From NCBI RefSeq assembly GCF_006345805.1, contig NC_042999.1:24924001-24988000 (forward strand): a stretch of 64,000 bases of DNA, given 5' to 3'. Below, one piece after another: positions 55,401-63,129 of this stretch. Made by a program: the position numbers and the translations under genes. Source of the stretch: Octopus sinensis (taxonomy: Eukaryota). The notes under the pieces were generated by a model. The model was not told where the DNA came from. It searched no databases and saw nothing but the letters and a program-made list of their open reading frames with translations. Within the stretch, counting starts at the first letter, position 1; every line of letters starts with the position of its first letter.

Positions 55401-58400
55401 CAGAGTGGCTAACCGGCTTCCATGCCAGTGGCACATAAAAGGCACCATTCCAGTGTGATCGTTACCAGCGTCGCCTTACTGGCACTTGTGCCTGTGCTAG
55501 TAGGGTGTTAAGAGCACCACCCGAGCGTGATCGTTGCCAGAGCAGCTAACTGGCTTCTGTGCTGGTGGCACGTAAAAGGCGCCATTCGAGTGTGATCGTT
55601 ACCAGCGTCGTCTTACTGGCACCTGTGCCGGTGGCATGTATAAAAAGATTAGAGCAAGGTCGTTGCCAGTACCGCCTGACTGGCCCTCGTGCCGGTGGCA
55701 CATAAAAGCACGCACTACACTCTCGGAGTGGTTGGCTTTAGGAAGGGCATCCAGCTGCCAGATCAAGATTGGAGCCTGGTGCAGCCATCTGGTTCGCCCT
55801 CAGTCAAAATCGTCCAACCCATGCTCACACACACACAAACTGCTTTCGGTTTCCATCTGTCAAAGTTTTGGTTGGCCTGAGGCTATAGTAGAAGATGCTT
55901 ACCCAAGATGCCATTGAGTGCAACTGAACCTAGAACCATGGGGTTGGAAAGCAAACTTCTTACCACATAGCCATCTTTGTGCCAAGAGGGTGAACTGAGG
56001 AAAGTCTGGTTACTGTTCAGTTTAAGTGACCACCATGCAGACTGTCCTATTTCTGCATGAATTAATATTGTCATATCTGAATAATAAATCTCCATGTTTA
56101 TATAATATAATCATGGAAATTATAGCTGTGATACCAGTGCTGGTGGCACGTAAACGAACTATCCGAATGTGTCCGTTGCCAGCCTTGCCTGGCCCCCGTG
56201 CCGGTGGCACGTAAAAAGCACCATCTGATCGTGGCCGTTTGCCAGCCCTGTCTGGGACGTAAAAAGCACCCACTACACTCACGGAGTGGTTGGCGTTAGG
56301 AAGGGCATCCAGCCGTAGAAACATTGCCAGATCAGACCGGGTCTGGTGCAGCCTTCTGGCTTCCCAGACCCCAGTTGAACCGTCCAACCCATGCCTGCAT
56401 GGAAAGTGGATGCTAAATGATGATGATGATGATGAATCATTTGACAGTTATTTCTTAATTCAATCATAAAAGTTGGTGAGCTGGCAGAATCATTAGCACA
56501 CCAGTCAAAATGCTTAGCAGCATTTCATGTGTCTCCATGTTCTGAGTTCAAGTTCTGCCAAGGTTGATTTTTGCTTTTCCTCCTTTTAGAGTTGATGAAG
56601 TAAATACCAGTTGGGCCCTGGGGTTGATGAGATTGACTAGCCCTCTGCTCCAATATTTCAAGCCTTGTGCCTTCAGTAAAAAAAAACAAAAAAAAAAACT
56701 TCAATCACCTTGGTATCTTTTATATCTATTTTAGAAAATATTCCGCTCATCTGTGGAACCATTTGATGTGGTTATTCATTTAAAACATGACCAAGAAGCT
56801 AGTCCAGGTCAAGCTATTGACTCCATTGGCAGAAGGAATTACCCAGCATTTCTTAGCAATCCTTCCAATCTTCCAATTATTGATTACCAACCAAAACAGC
56901 TTTTCATGAAAGATCTCAGGGTATGTTCTTTTACTTAATTTCACTTAATTTCTTTTACTTAATTTCACAAAGTTAATGTCTTTTGTCTCCTTATATTCTG
57001 TAGATACATCAACTCTAACTGTACAGCTACATGATCAAAAGAATTCCATCTTAATATATCTGGCTTGGAGGCGCAATGGCCCATGGTTAGGGCAGCGGAC
57101 TCGCGGTCGTAGGATCGCGGTTTCGATTCCCAGACTGGGCGTTGTGTGTGTTTATTGAGCGAAAACACCTAAAAGCTCCACGAGGCTCCAGCAGGGGGTG
57201 GTGATCCCTGTTGTACTCCTTCACCACTCTTTCTCTCACTCTTTCTTCTGTTGGCCTGCTTGCTTAGCCAGCGGGGTGGCGTCATTTGAAGGCTAAAAGA
57301 ATGCGAACGCATTGTGACCAGAGATGTGTAGCAACATCTGATGGTCTGGTCGGTCACGTGATCACGTGATATCTGGCTTATAAGATAGAGGATGCAAATG
57401 AATGGAAATTTGGCTGCTATTTTTAGTAGATCATATGACTGCATGAGTTCCCTTGGTTTGTAGTTTTGCAGCTATCATTTGATGCGATCAGATTGTATAG
57501 CAGAATTTTTACAGTGTATATGTGGATGTCAGAGGGTGTGTGTGTGTGTACAGTCAAGTGAAATCCTGGTCATTGCAAGCGCTGGTGACATGTAAAAGAC
57601 ACCCAGTATGGAGTGGTTGGCATTAGAAAGGATATCCAACTGTTGAAACTAAGCCAAAACAGACTGGAACCTAGTACAGATCTCCGGCTTACCAGTTCCA
57701 GTCAAACTGTCTAACCCATGCCAGAATGGAAAATGGATGCTAAATGCTGCTGCTGCTGATTAATGTATGTATGTGTGTGTGTGTATAAATATATGTATGT
57801 ATTATATAAATTAAATTAGAGATAAAAACCACTATTAGGCAACTCAAACAGTGATTGACATAAACCAAAAAATAATATAATATACAATATATATATATAA
57901 AATTTAAAATTTAAATTATTAAAATTTGAAATTTTCAAATTTATATTTATAGATTATTATATTTCTAGATTTTTAAAAAAATTTTATTTAAATTTTTTTT
58001 TTACTAACCCAAAAGTATAAAAAAAAATTATAAATAAAGATTTTAAAAAAAATTAAAAATTTAAAAAATATAAAAATATAATAATTTATAAATATAAATT
58101 TGAAAATTTCAAATTTTAATAATTTAAATTTTATATTTTATATATATATTATATTAATTTATTTTTTGTTTTTTATGTTTTGGTTTATGTCTATCACTGT
58201 TTGAGTTGCCTAATAGTGGTTTTATCTCTAATTTAATTTATATTTATAGTGTGAAATTTAATTTAATCCTAAATCTAATTTTTCCTTGTAAGTTTGGATA
58301 TACTCCCTAATATTATTATTATGTATTTATACATATATATATATATATATATGTAAAAATGAAAGAATGGAGTTGAACGACGAATTAACAAAATTCCTTT

Positions 58401-58867
58401 ATTTTATTTTCGACATGTTTCGAAGGCTGCATATTCCTAATTTTTAAGGAATAAGGGGTGCATTATGCTGCCTTCTCATCAGGAAAAGTAAGGAACTTAT
58501 GTCAGCATCAAGATGCACAAAAATTTTTAGATGTCGCTATGGGCTCTGTGTGGGCAGACATCTAAAAATTTTTGTGCATCTTGATGCTGACATAAGTTCC
58601 TTACTTTTCCTGATGAGAAGGCGGCATAATGCACCCCTTATTCCTTCAAAACATATGTCGAAAATAAAATAAAGGAATTTTGTTAATTTGTCGTTCAACT
58701 CCATTCTTTCATTTATTTGTATTCAAAAAAACACACAAATTTCCACACGATAGCACGTGATCTCTGCCCTAGGCATGTAGCTTCAACCGTGTTTTTCTGA
58801 CGTGAATTTGCTACCCAGGTATCGGTTAACCGAATTATCCATAATAAGATAATTCATTCAACTACTC

Positions 58868-58905
<38 letters not shown>

Positions 58906-61900
58906 CATGTTTACGCATTGAAAAATTAACACTTGAAAATTTTTCAGTATTTATGATTATATTTCAGTGGAAACAGCTTTATGTTAAAGCTATGAGATTT
59001 TGATGACATAGTTGTTTATTTGTAGAATGATATTGTGGGATAGGTGTGAGAAGCTGGATCTGGCTTGTTTGAACATAGAACAGGTAGAATATTTGGACTG
59101 GATATAGCTGGTTTAAATGCTAAAGCAAATCAGAGGAAGATTGAATGGCTACAGCTGGAAACTGTTTTGATCATAGATAAATCTACTGCATCAGAACTAA
59201 GTTGGAGCTAAACAGACAATAATTACTGCAAGTACCTGAGCATATGAGGGGAAGGAGATCCTTAAATTACAATCTGTCATCTAAAAGTAGCATGGATAAT
59301 TGCATAATGTAGCTATACTCTCTTAAATATGAGATAGGTGGCACGTAAAAGGCACCATCCAATCGTGGCTGTTGCCAGCCTCGTCTGGTCCCCGTGCCGG
59401 TCGCACGTAAAAAGCCCCACCCGACCGTGTCCGTTGCCAGTGCCGCCCCGACTGGCCTCCGTGCCGGTGGCACGTGAAAAAGCACCATCCGATCGTGGCC
59501 GTTGCCAGCCTTGCCTGGCCCCCGTGCTGGTGGCACGTAAAAAGCACCATCCGTCCGTGGCCGTTTGCCAGCCCTGTCTGGCACCTGTGTGGGTGGCACG
59601 TAAAAAGCACCCACTACACTCACGGAGTGGTTGGCGTTAGGAAGGGCATCCAGCCGTAAAAACACTGCCAGATCAGACTGGGCCTGGTGCAGCCTACTGG
59701 CTCCCCAGACCCCTGTTGAACCGTCCAACCCATGCTAGCATAGAAAGCGGACGCTAAATGATGATGTGATGGTCATGGTTGGAACATCTATCATTATAGG
59801 TTTGCTGGTTACAGAATAATCAAAGACTAAATCACAGAAAGAAATCAACTGTACCAGTGATTGAATGGGGGGGGGGGGGATAATGGCTGTAATGGAGCCA
59901 CCTATATTAATGTTTCTTTTTGGTTTGTTTTGCTGTTTTGGCTTTTGTGTCAACCTCTTGGTGGACATCAGTGTCAACATATTGGTGTCATCACAGAATT
60001 GTTACTGATTTTTTAAGTATTTTTTTTTTCAGGAAACATTTGGTCACCTTGCTTTGTTTTATAGTGATGAATACAGTAGCAGTGTGATAGGAGTTTTATG
60101 GAGACCTAACATATTTAAACCTCAAGGGTTCAAGGTATGTTGTTGCTTTATACATCTAATGTAGTGGTGAGTATTTGGAAGGATGATTGAATGTGTGTTG
60201 AGTGGTAGAGTCCTTAAATCTGTTATACAGGGTTGACACTGATTGACTATTTCATACCTTCTATCATCAGCTTTAACACTTGACATCCTGTACAACACAA
60301 ATCTGTGTATCTTTCACTCCTACATCATCTGGACCACCTGAATCAAGAATTTATATTGAAGGAAGTTATAAACTTGCTAATCTGAGGGGAAAAAGCTTTA
60401 AACCTTTCCTCCGTCGTTCATTTCATCATCATCATCGTTTAACGTCTGCTTTCCATGCTAGCATGGGTTGGATGGTTCAACTGGGGTCTAGGAAGCCAGA
60501 AGGCTGAACCAGGCCCAGTCTGATCTGGCAGTGTTTCTACAGCTGGATGCCCTTCCTAATGCCAACCACTCTGTGAGCGTAGTGGGTGCTTTTTACGTGC
60601 CGCCAGACGAGGCTGGCAACGGCCATGATCGGATGGTACTTTTTACGTGCCACCGGCACGGAGGCCAGACGAGGCTGGCAACGGCCACGATTGGATGGTG
60701 CTTTTTACGTGCCACCGGCATGGAGGCCAGATGAGGCTGGCAATGGCCACGATCGGATGGTGCTTTTTATGTGCCACCGGCACGGAGGCCAGACGAGGCT
60801 GGCAACGGCCACGATTGGATGGTGCTTTTTACGTGCCACCGGCACGGAGGCCAGACGAGGCTGGCAACGGCCACGATCGGATGGTGCTTTTTATGTGCCA
60901 CCGGCACGGAGGCCAGTCGAGGTGGCGCTGGCAACGGCCACATTCGGATAGTTCTCTTACGTGCCACCAGCACTGGTATCACAACTACAATTTCCATTGA
61001 TTTTGATCGATTTCGAATTTGATTTACCTTCTGTAATATTTGGTATTAGAATACACCTGTTGCTGAATTTTTGTGATATATTTTTGGAGGAGTTTTTGTC
61101 ACTTTGTGAATATCTGTGTGTTTTTAAAGAGAGTAATTCAGCTTGTAAATTTCATGAGGAAAATGCTACAAAAATGGAAAAGAATTTTTTTGTTTGTATG
61201 TCCATATCTGTAACTAATTACATTTATTACTAGTGTCTCTCTTTACTGTCATTTTTGTCTGTTTTTTTTTTTGTTGTTATTATATAATTAATTAACAATT
61301 ACACATGCATAATGTTGTTTTAGTACAAATTATTTACATCTAAAAACACAAACAAGACTTTTCAGCAATAATGCCAAAAGTTATTTTTTCCTCAGTTGTT
61401 ACTATGAGTTTGCAACAGGATGTTAAGAATTGACATCTTGTCAATTTTCATGATAATCTGACCAGAAAAATATACAAAATAAAGTATTTTCTTCTTGATT
61501 GTTAGTTGTCTGAGTTTTCATTAGGATGTTCAGAGTTGATAACTTTTATATTTCTTGTTTTGCCTCGGATCTTTTCGGTTTGAACGGCAGTTTTTTCTAG
61601 CGGTGTCATATGAAACTGTCACCCATAATTATGACCCTAGTATCGATCTATTGCATTTCAATTATTTTAGGGTTAGGGGTGGGGGGAGGATATCTTTTTT
61701 GCTTCATAAATGTAAATAAACCCAATCTGTTTCTTAAACGAGGGACATATTCATACGGCACAGACTGTTTTTTTTTACCTCAATGGATGTCAGTGATTGG
61801 TTGAAATTGCAGAAATTGAAGAAAAACAACAAATATCTTCCAAACTATAGAATTTTCTCAATAAAGCCAAGAGAAAAAGATGTTTTATAAACACATTCTA

Positions 61901-62944
61901 CCAGTATATGAAGTTTAAAAAAGTTTAGTTACCTAGAAATTATGTTAAAAACTGCCGTTCAAACCGAAAAGATCCTTTGCCTCTTCTTTTTGGTGCCTTG
62001 TTCAGGTTTAAATCGATTTTCTGGGTAAAGTTTACAGCTGGTGACGATTAGTCTTCTCTATTGTCCTCCACTGTTCAGAGAATTGTGAATGTATTTTACA
62101 CTCATAAAAATCGTATCTCGGAATGCAATTCAATGTTTATATGAAATTGAGGATCTTTTCGGTTCGAACGACAGTTTTTAACATAATTTCTAGGTAACCA
62201 AAAAAATTTTTAACTTCGTATACTGGTAGAATGTGTTTATAAAACATCTTTTTCTCTTGGCTTTATTGAGAAAATTCTATAGTTTGTAAGATATTTGTTG
62301 TTTTTTTTCTTCAATTTCTGCAATTTCAACCAATCACTGACGTCTATTGAGGTAAAAAAAAAACATTCTGTGCCGTATGAAAATGTCCCTTGTTTAAGAA
62401 ACAGATTGGGTTTATTTACATTTGTGAAGAAAAAAAAGATCCCCTTCCCCCCACCCCTAACCCTAAAACAAATTGAAATGCAATAGATCAATACTAGGGT
62501 CATAATTATGGGTGACAATTTCATATGACAGCGCTAGAAAAAACTGCCGTTCAAACCGAAAAGATCCAAAATTGACTGCAGACAATTAAACTGAGTTGCA
62601 GAGAGTAGGCATAGATTAACTCCCTTCTACATGTACTCATTTCATAATTCTAAGGAAACGTAGATGCACAATAAAGGAATGGATGCAATCCTTTTCTCCC
62701 CTCTCATTCTAGTTTATTTCCTGCTGTAGGGAAATATAGTCTCTCATCTATAACGTAACTTAGAAACTAATTCCATTGTTTCTCTTTTTAGGTATCATTA
62801 GTGAATGGTCAGTGTTTGTTGGAAGAATCCTCCAAAGAGAACCAGCTTGTGCCAAACATTGAAGCTATTATTGAAGACATGAAGATTCTTGGCAATGGAA
62901 TTGTAGAACATATTAAAGTGAAGACTACGTCATTACTCACATAG
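22495..62944 (+). CDS. NOL6: Nucleolar protein 6 (Nrap/Utp22 family), 23 coding exons, 1118 aa
   Basis: Exons: 22495-22542, 25898-26029, 29759-29875, 31192-31374, 32472-32640, 34021-34149, 35764-35939, 36287-36407, 37353-37516, 39051-39166, 42126-42303, 43606-43725, 44392-44543, 46765-46993, 48188-48293, 49868-50022, 51024-51184, 51468-51620, 52515-52612, 54530-54738, 56735-56920, 60033-60134, 62792-62944. All phases match; total 3357 nt ends in TAG. Colinear with NOL6 from memory: DFLNQRYVRKRALYL, LKDGIILLKVWLQQR, SELRKFKDGTICEAVIW, RLAKRWL, GFLRFLYLVSTFDW, LVPNIEAIIEDMKILG. Confidence 0.95.
22808..23171 (+). mobile_element. SINE family B
   Basis: Same family. Confidence 0.87.
23456..23869. 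mobile_element. GGATC-TIR MITE
   Basis: TSD acgatatc. Confidence 0.88.
24110..24822 (+). mobile_element. RTE-clade LINE 3' fragment: ORF C-terminus plus 3'UTR with (GAT)n tail
   Basis: Encodes DSCMKKCHTLAVEGTCGRGRPRKTWDEVVKHDL...NRDLW; links the abundant (GAT)n-tailed repeat to an RTE LINE. Confidence 0.85.
25470..25790 (+). mobile_element. RTE 3'UTR copy
   Basis: Family tail and (GAT)n. Confidence 0.8.
25898..26029 (+). CDS. NOL6: NOL6 exon 2 (QNLEQ...PPTAEEMKEYKEIENLQHSSLFRMQ)
   Basis: polyT-ttacag acceptor; CAG|gcaagt GC donor; matches PTNEEL...HSSLLRLQ. Confidence 0.9.
26460..26775 (+). mobile_element. Degenerate RTE ORF C-terminal fragment
   Basis: LREKLGIRGIRCSIQERKLCWFEHVMCMNEDSCMKKC, with a stop. 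Confidence 0.8.
27215..27517 (+). mobile_element. tRNA-derived SINE (tail type 3), 12-bp TSD
   Basis: aaccatgtatct on both flanks. Confidence 0.9.
28320..28620 (-). mobile_element. Degenerate RTE reverse transcriptase fragment
   Basis: FRLKVGVHRSSLLNPLLFIIVLQAIT resembles the GV.QGS.LSPLLF RT motif. Confidence 0.75.
28629..28847. mobile_element. hAT MITE, same family
   Basis: TSD cccgacat/ccctacat. Confidence 0.87.
29180..29435 (-). mobile_element. RTE 3'UTR copy
   Basis: (CAT)n and family body. Confidence 0.8.
29759..29875 (+). CDS. NOL6: NOL6 exon 3 (IKELLSEVKV...LPKGESYQ)
   Basis: tttaaag acceptor, CAG|gtaagt donor, 39 codons. Confidence 0.9.
30507..30887 (+). mobile_element. SINE family B
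   Basis: Same family. Confidence 0.87.
31192..31374 (+). CDS. NOL6: NOL6 exon 4 (LNDQEW...IIGSFPLDTCLKIGLHVDIAVKIPK)
   Basis: AG/GT bounded, 61 codons, matches VVGSYLLGTC...VDVALTMP. Confidence 0.93.
32185..32415. mobile_element. TTAA MITE family G (reverse)
   Basis: gtaacgaaaggg-ttaa end. Confidence 0.82.
32472..32640 (+). CDS. NOL6: NOL6 exon 5 (KFFDTRDFLNQRYVRKRALYL...)
   Basis: AG/GT bounded; NQRY..KRALYL motif. Confidence 0.95.
33055..33330 (-). mobile_element. RTE 3'UTR copy
   Basis: (CAT)n and family body. Confidence 0.8.
33588..33806. mobile_element. TTAA MITE family H
   Basis: ccctttagcatt/aatgctaaaggg-type TIRs. Confidence 0.75.
34021..34149 (+). CDS. NOL6: NOL6 exon 6 (...RFSHNKSNVRQAWF...)
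   Basis: AG/GT bounded, phase 1-1. Confidence 0.93.
34245..34530 (-). mobile_element. RTE 3'UTR copy
   Basis: (CAT)n and family body. Confidence 0.8.
35124..35745 (-). mobile_element. RTE 3' fragment including ORF end
   Basis: Reverse strand encodes G...RGRPRKTWDKVVKHDL. Confidence 0.82.
35764..35939 (+). CDS. NOL6: NOL6 exon 7 (...PTPHYNMSILKD...LKDGIILLKVWLQQR)
   Basis: AG/GT bounded, conserved PTP.YN and LKVWL.QR motifs. Confidence 0.95.
36287..36407 (+). CDS. NOL6: NOL6 exon 8 (GYGAVSGFIISMYVAYL...MSSYQVFR)
   Basis: AG/GT bounded. Confidence 0.95.
36677..37123. mobile_element. Cluster of TTAA MITE family H copies (full copy 36764-36990)
   Basis: Tandem partial and full copies. Confidence 0.75.
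37353..37516 (+). CDS. NOL6: NOL6 exon 9 (NTDWVKDGISF...FVDSTGFLN)
   Basis: AG/GT bounded. Confidence 0.93.
38416..38770. mobile_element. Same AT-rich family, single orientation, with degenerate hammerhead-like 3' part
   Basis: Shared sequence with the 8590 copy; acgacatgttt motif at about 38678. Confidence 0.6.
39051..39166 (+). CDS. NOL6: NOL6 exon 10 (LQHEASITLEILD...RYDQIF)
   Basis: AG/GT bounded. Confidence 0.92.
39947..40175. mobile_element. TTAA MITE family G (reverse)
   Basis: ttaa-ccctttcgtt...gtaacgaaaggg-ttaa. Confidence 0.82.
40745..40963. mobile_element. hAT MITE, same family, reverse orientation
   Basis: TSD gtctgact/gtctaact. Confidence 0.87.
41755..42050. mobile_element. 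Same AT-rich family, rearranged with inverted segment
   Basis: Forward part then reverse complement of the family start, TA flanks. Confidence 0.65.
42126..42303 (+). CDS. NOL6: NOL6 exon 11
   Basis: AG/GT bounded, open frame, aligns with the D.GG..V.A.L region. Confidence 0.9.
42480..43322 (+). mobile_element. Tandem RTE 3' fragments
   Basis: ORF-end remnant, two family tails, (GAT)n. Confidence 0.75.
43606..43725 (+). CDS. NOL6: NOL6 exon 12 (WSVNEEPP...EKGPPAD)
   Basis: AG/GT bounded, 40 codons. Confidence 0.93.
43770..44070 (+). repeat. About 60-bp tandem array (5 copies) of the RTE 3'UTR internal unit
   Basis: aaaacaccatccgagcgtggccgttcaccagcctcgtctggcacctgtgtc repeats. Confidence 0.85.
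44392..44543 (+). CDS. NOL6: NOL6 exon 13 (AKEFQELWSGKSELRKFKDGTICEAVIW)
   Basis: AG/GT bounded; hallmark Nrap motif. Confidence 0.95.
44786..45453. mobile_element. TTAA MITE family H split by a SINE
   Basis: ttaa-ccctttag...gctaaaggg-ttaa. Confidence 0.8.
44873..45308 (+). mobile_element. SINE family B nested in a TTAA MITE
   Basis: Full length; splits MITE 44786-45453. Confidence 0.88.
46765..46993 (+). CDS. NOL6: NOL6 exon 14 (...GTGEEA...QGISPVFRFAE)
   Basis: AG/GT bounded. Confidence 0.93.
47400..47662 (+). mobile_element. RTE 3'UTR copy
   Basis: Family tail and (GAT)n. Confidence 0.85.
47819..48005 (-). mobile_element. RTE 3'UTR copy
   Basis: (CAT)n and family body. Confidence 0.85.
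48188..48293 (+). CDS. NOL6: NOL6 exon 15 (VFPALG...DLCPHYCPVVT)
   Basis: Only in-frame acceptor is ttcttgag; G|gtaag donor; matches VFPP...CPAYVEPMT. Confidence 0.82.
48329..48895 (-). mobile_element. RTE 3' fragment
   Basis: (CAT)n and family body. Confidence 0.85.
49868..50022 (+). CDS. NOL6: NOL6 exon 16
   Basis: AG/GT bounded. Confidence 0.92.
50600..50832 (-). mobile_element. SINE family C
   Basis: Reverse complement of the 53840 copy. Confidence 0.85.
51024..51184 (+). CDS. NOL6: NOL6 exon 17 (DEIVFRLK...PKLTSVLRG)
   Basis: AG/GT bounded. Confidence 0.93.
51468..51620 (+). CDS. NOL6: NOL6 exon 18 (...VRLAKRWLSAH...LFLEPYPF)
   Basis: AG/GT bounded. Confidence 0.95.
52052..52440 (-). 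mobile_element. SINE family B
   Basis: Same family. Confidence 0.87.
52515..52612 (+). CDS. NOL6: NOL6 exon 19 (GFLRFLYLVSTFDW..P.FVNLNNE)
   Basis: AG/GT bounded. Confidence 0.95.
52832..53496. mobile_element. Second hAT MITE family, host of the nested GGATC MITE
   Basis: cagtggttctcaa...aagaaacactg; TSD atctagac/atatagac; partial sibling at about 55106-55340. Confidence 0.8.
53003..53402. mobile_element. GGATC-TIR MITE nested in a hAT MITE
   Basis: TSD ggattttt/agattttt. Confidence 0.85.
53840..54066 (+). mobile_element. SINE family C (gcctttcatcctttcggggtcgataaattaagtaccag core)
   Basis: Multi-copy; B-box-like gttcaaattcc. Confidence 0.85.
54268..54446 (+). mobile_element. RTE 3'UTR copy
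   Basis: Family tail and (GAT)n. Confidence 0.85.
54530..54738 (+). CDS. NOL6: NOL6 exon 20
   Basis: AG/GT bounded, lies inside ORF 54493-54804. Confidence 0.92.
54772..55058 (-). mobile_element. RTE 3'UTR copy
   Basis: (CAT)n and family body. Confidence 0.85.
55345..55825 (+). mobile_element. RTE 3'UTR copy
   Basis: Family body with internal repeats. Confidence 0.75.
56110..56435 (+). mobile_element. RTE 3'UTR copy
   Basis: Family tail and (GAT)n. Confidence 0.85.
56735..56920 (+). CDS. NOL6: NOL6 exon 21 (KIFRSSVEPFDVVIHL...)
   Basis: AG/GT bounded, 62 codons. Confidence 0.93.
57066..57368 (+). mobile_element. tRNA-derived SINE (tail type 1) with TSD atatctggct
   Basis: TSD at 57056-57065 and 57369-57378. 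Confidence 0.88.
57806..58242. repeat. AT-rich foldback inverted repeat
   Basis: Arms about 57806-57950 and 58088-58242 are reverse complements (e.g. accactattaggcaactcaaacagtga). Confidence 0.9.
58357..58714. repeat. Foldback inverted repeat, arms about 160-180 bp, 21-nt loop
   Basis: 58357-58535 is the reverse complement of 58557-58714 apart from a 23-nt deletion and a few changes. Confidence 0.95.
58396..58493 (-). ncRNA. Minimal type I hammerhead ribozyme motif (Penelope-like element type)
   Basis: Minus strand reads UUUUC-CUGAUGA-G aaggcagcaua...uaugcagccuu C-GAAAC-AU-GUC-GAAAA: complete core, stem I and II pairing, palindromic ACAUGU stem III. Confidence 0.75.
59335..59770 (+). mobile_element. 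RTE 3'UTR copy
   Basis: Family tail and (GAT)n. Confidence 0.85.
60033..60134 (+). CDS. NOL6: NOL6 exon 22 (ETFGHLALFYSDE...VIGVLWRP)
   Basis: AG/GT bounded, 34 codons. Confidence 0.94.
60424..61025 (-). mobile_element. RTE 3'UTR copy with about 60-bp tandem array
   Basis: (CAT)n and family body. Confidence 0.85.
61567..61975. mobile_element. GGATC-TIR MITE
   Basis: TSD tttgcctc. Confidence 0.88.
62151..62567. mobile_element. GGATC-TIR MITE, inverted relative to the 61567 copy
   Basis: TSD gaaattga/aaaattga. Confidence 0.88.
62792..62944 (+). CDS. NOL6: NOL6 terminal exon 23 (...LVPNIEAIIEDMKILGNGIV...LT*)
   Basis: AG acceptor, VPN.EAI.ED...LG.G motif, TAG stop. Confidence 0.95.
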   Translation, partial: VSLVNGQCLLEESSKENQLVPNIEAIIEDMKILGNGIVEHIKVKTTSLLT

Positions 62945-62946
62945 AG

Positions 62947-63033
62947 AATACCAAACTAGTTCCCTATGGATACCGTATTTATTACGAGTGGCTTGTAATA
63001 AATACGGTATCCATAGGGAATGAGTTTGGTATT
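62947..63033. repeat. Near-perfect hairpin in the NOL6 3'UTR
   Basis: 26-bp perfect inner stem plus 11-bp outer stem. Confidence 0.95.
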
Positions 63034-63049
63034 TTATTTGTTACACACG

Positions 63050-63055
63050 AATAAA
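63050..63055 (+). promoter_or_regulatory. Putative NOL6 polyadenylation signal AATAAA
   Basis: First AATAAA after the 3'UTR hairpin, about 105 nt past the stop; another AATAAA lies inside the hairpin stem. Confidence 0.5.
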
Positions 63056-63129
63056 CGACCATATTTTATTAACCCAATAACTAAATTCTTCACGTTTAGT
63101 TGTAACTTATGAATGACAAAAGTAGTGCC

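Noticed and set aside
22543-62791. Intronic snoRNAs expected in a ribosome biogenesis host gene
   Set aside because: The many ATGATGA strings are RTE tails. I found no C/D pair with a terminal stem by eye; snoscan or Infernal would be needed to exclude them.
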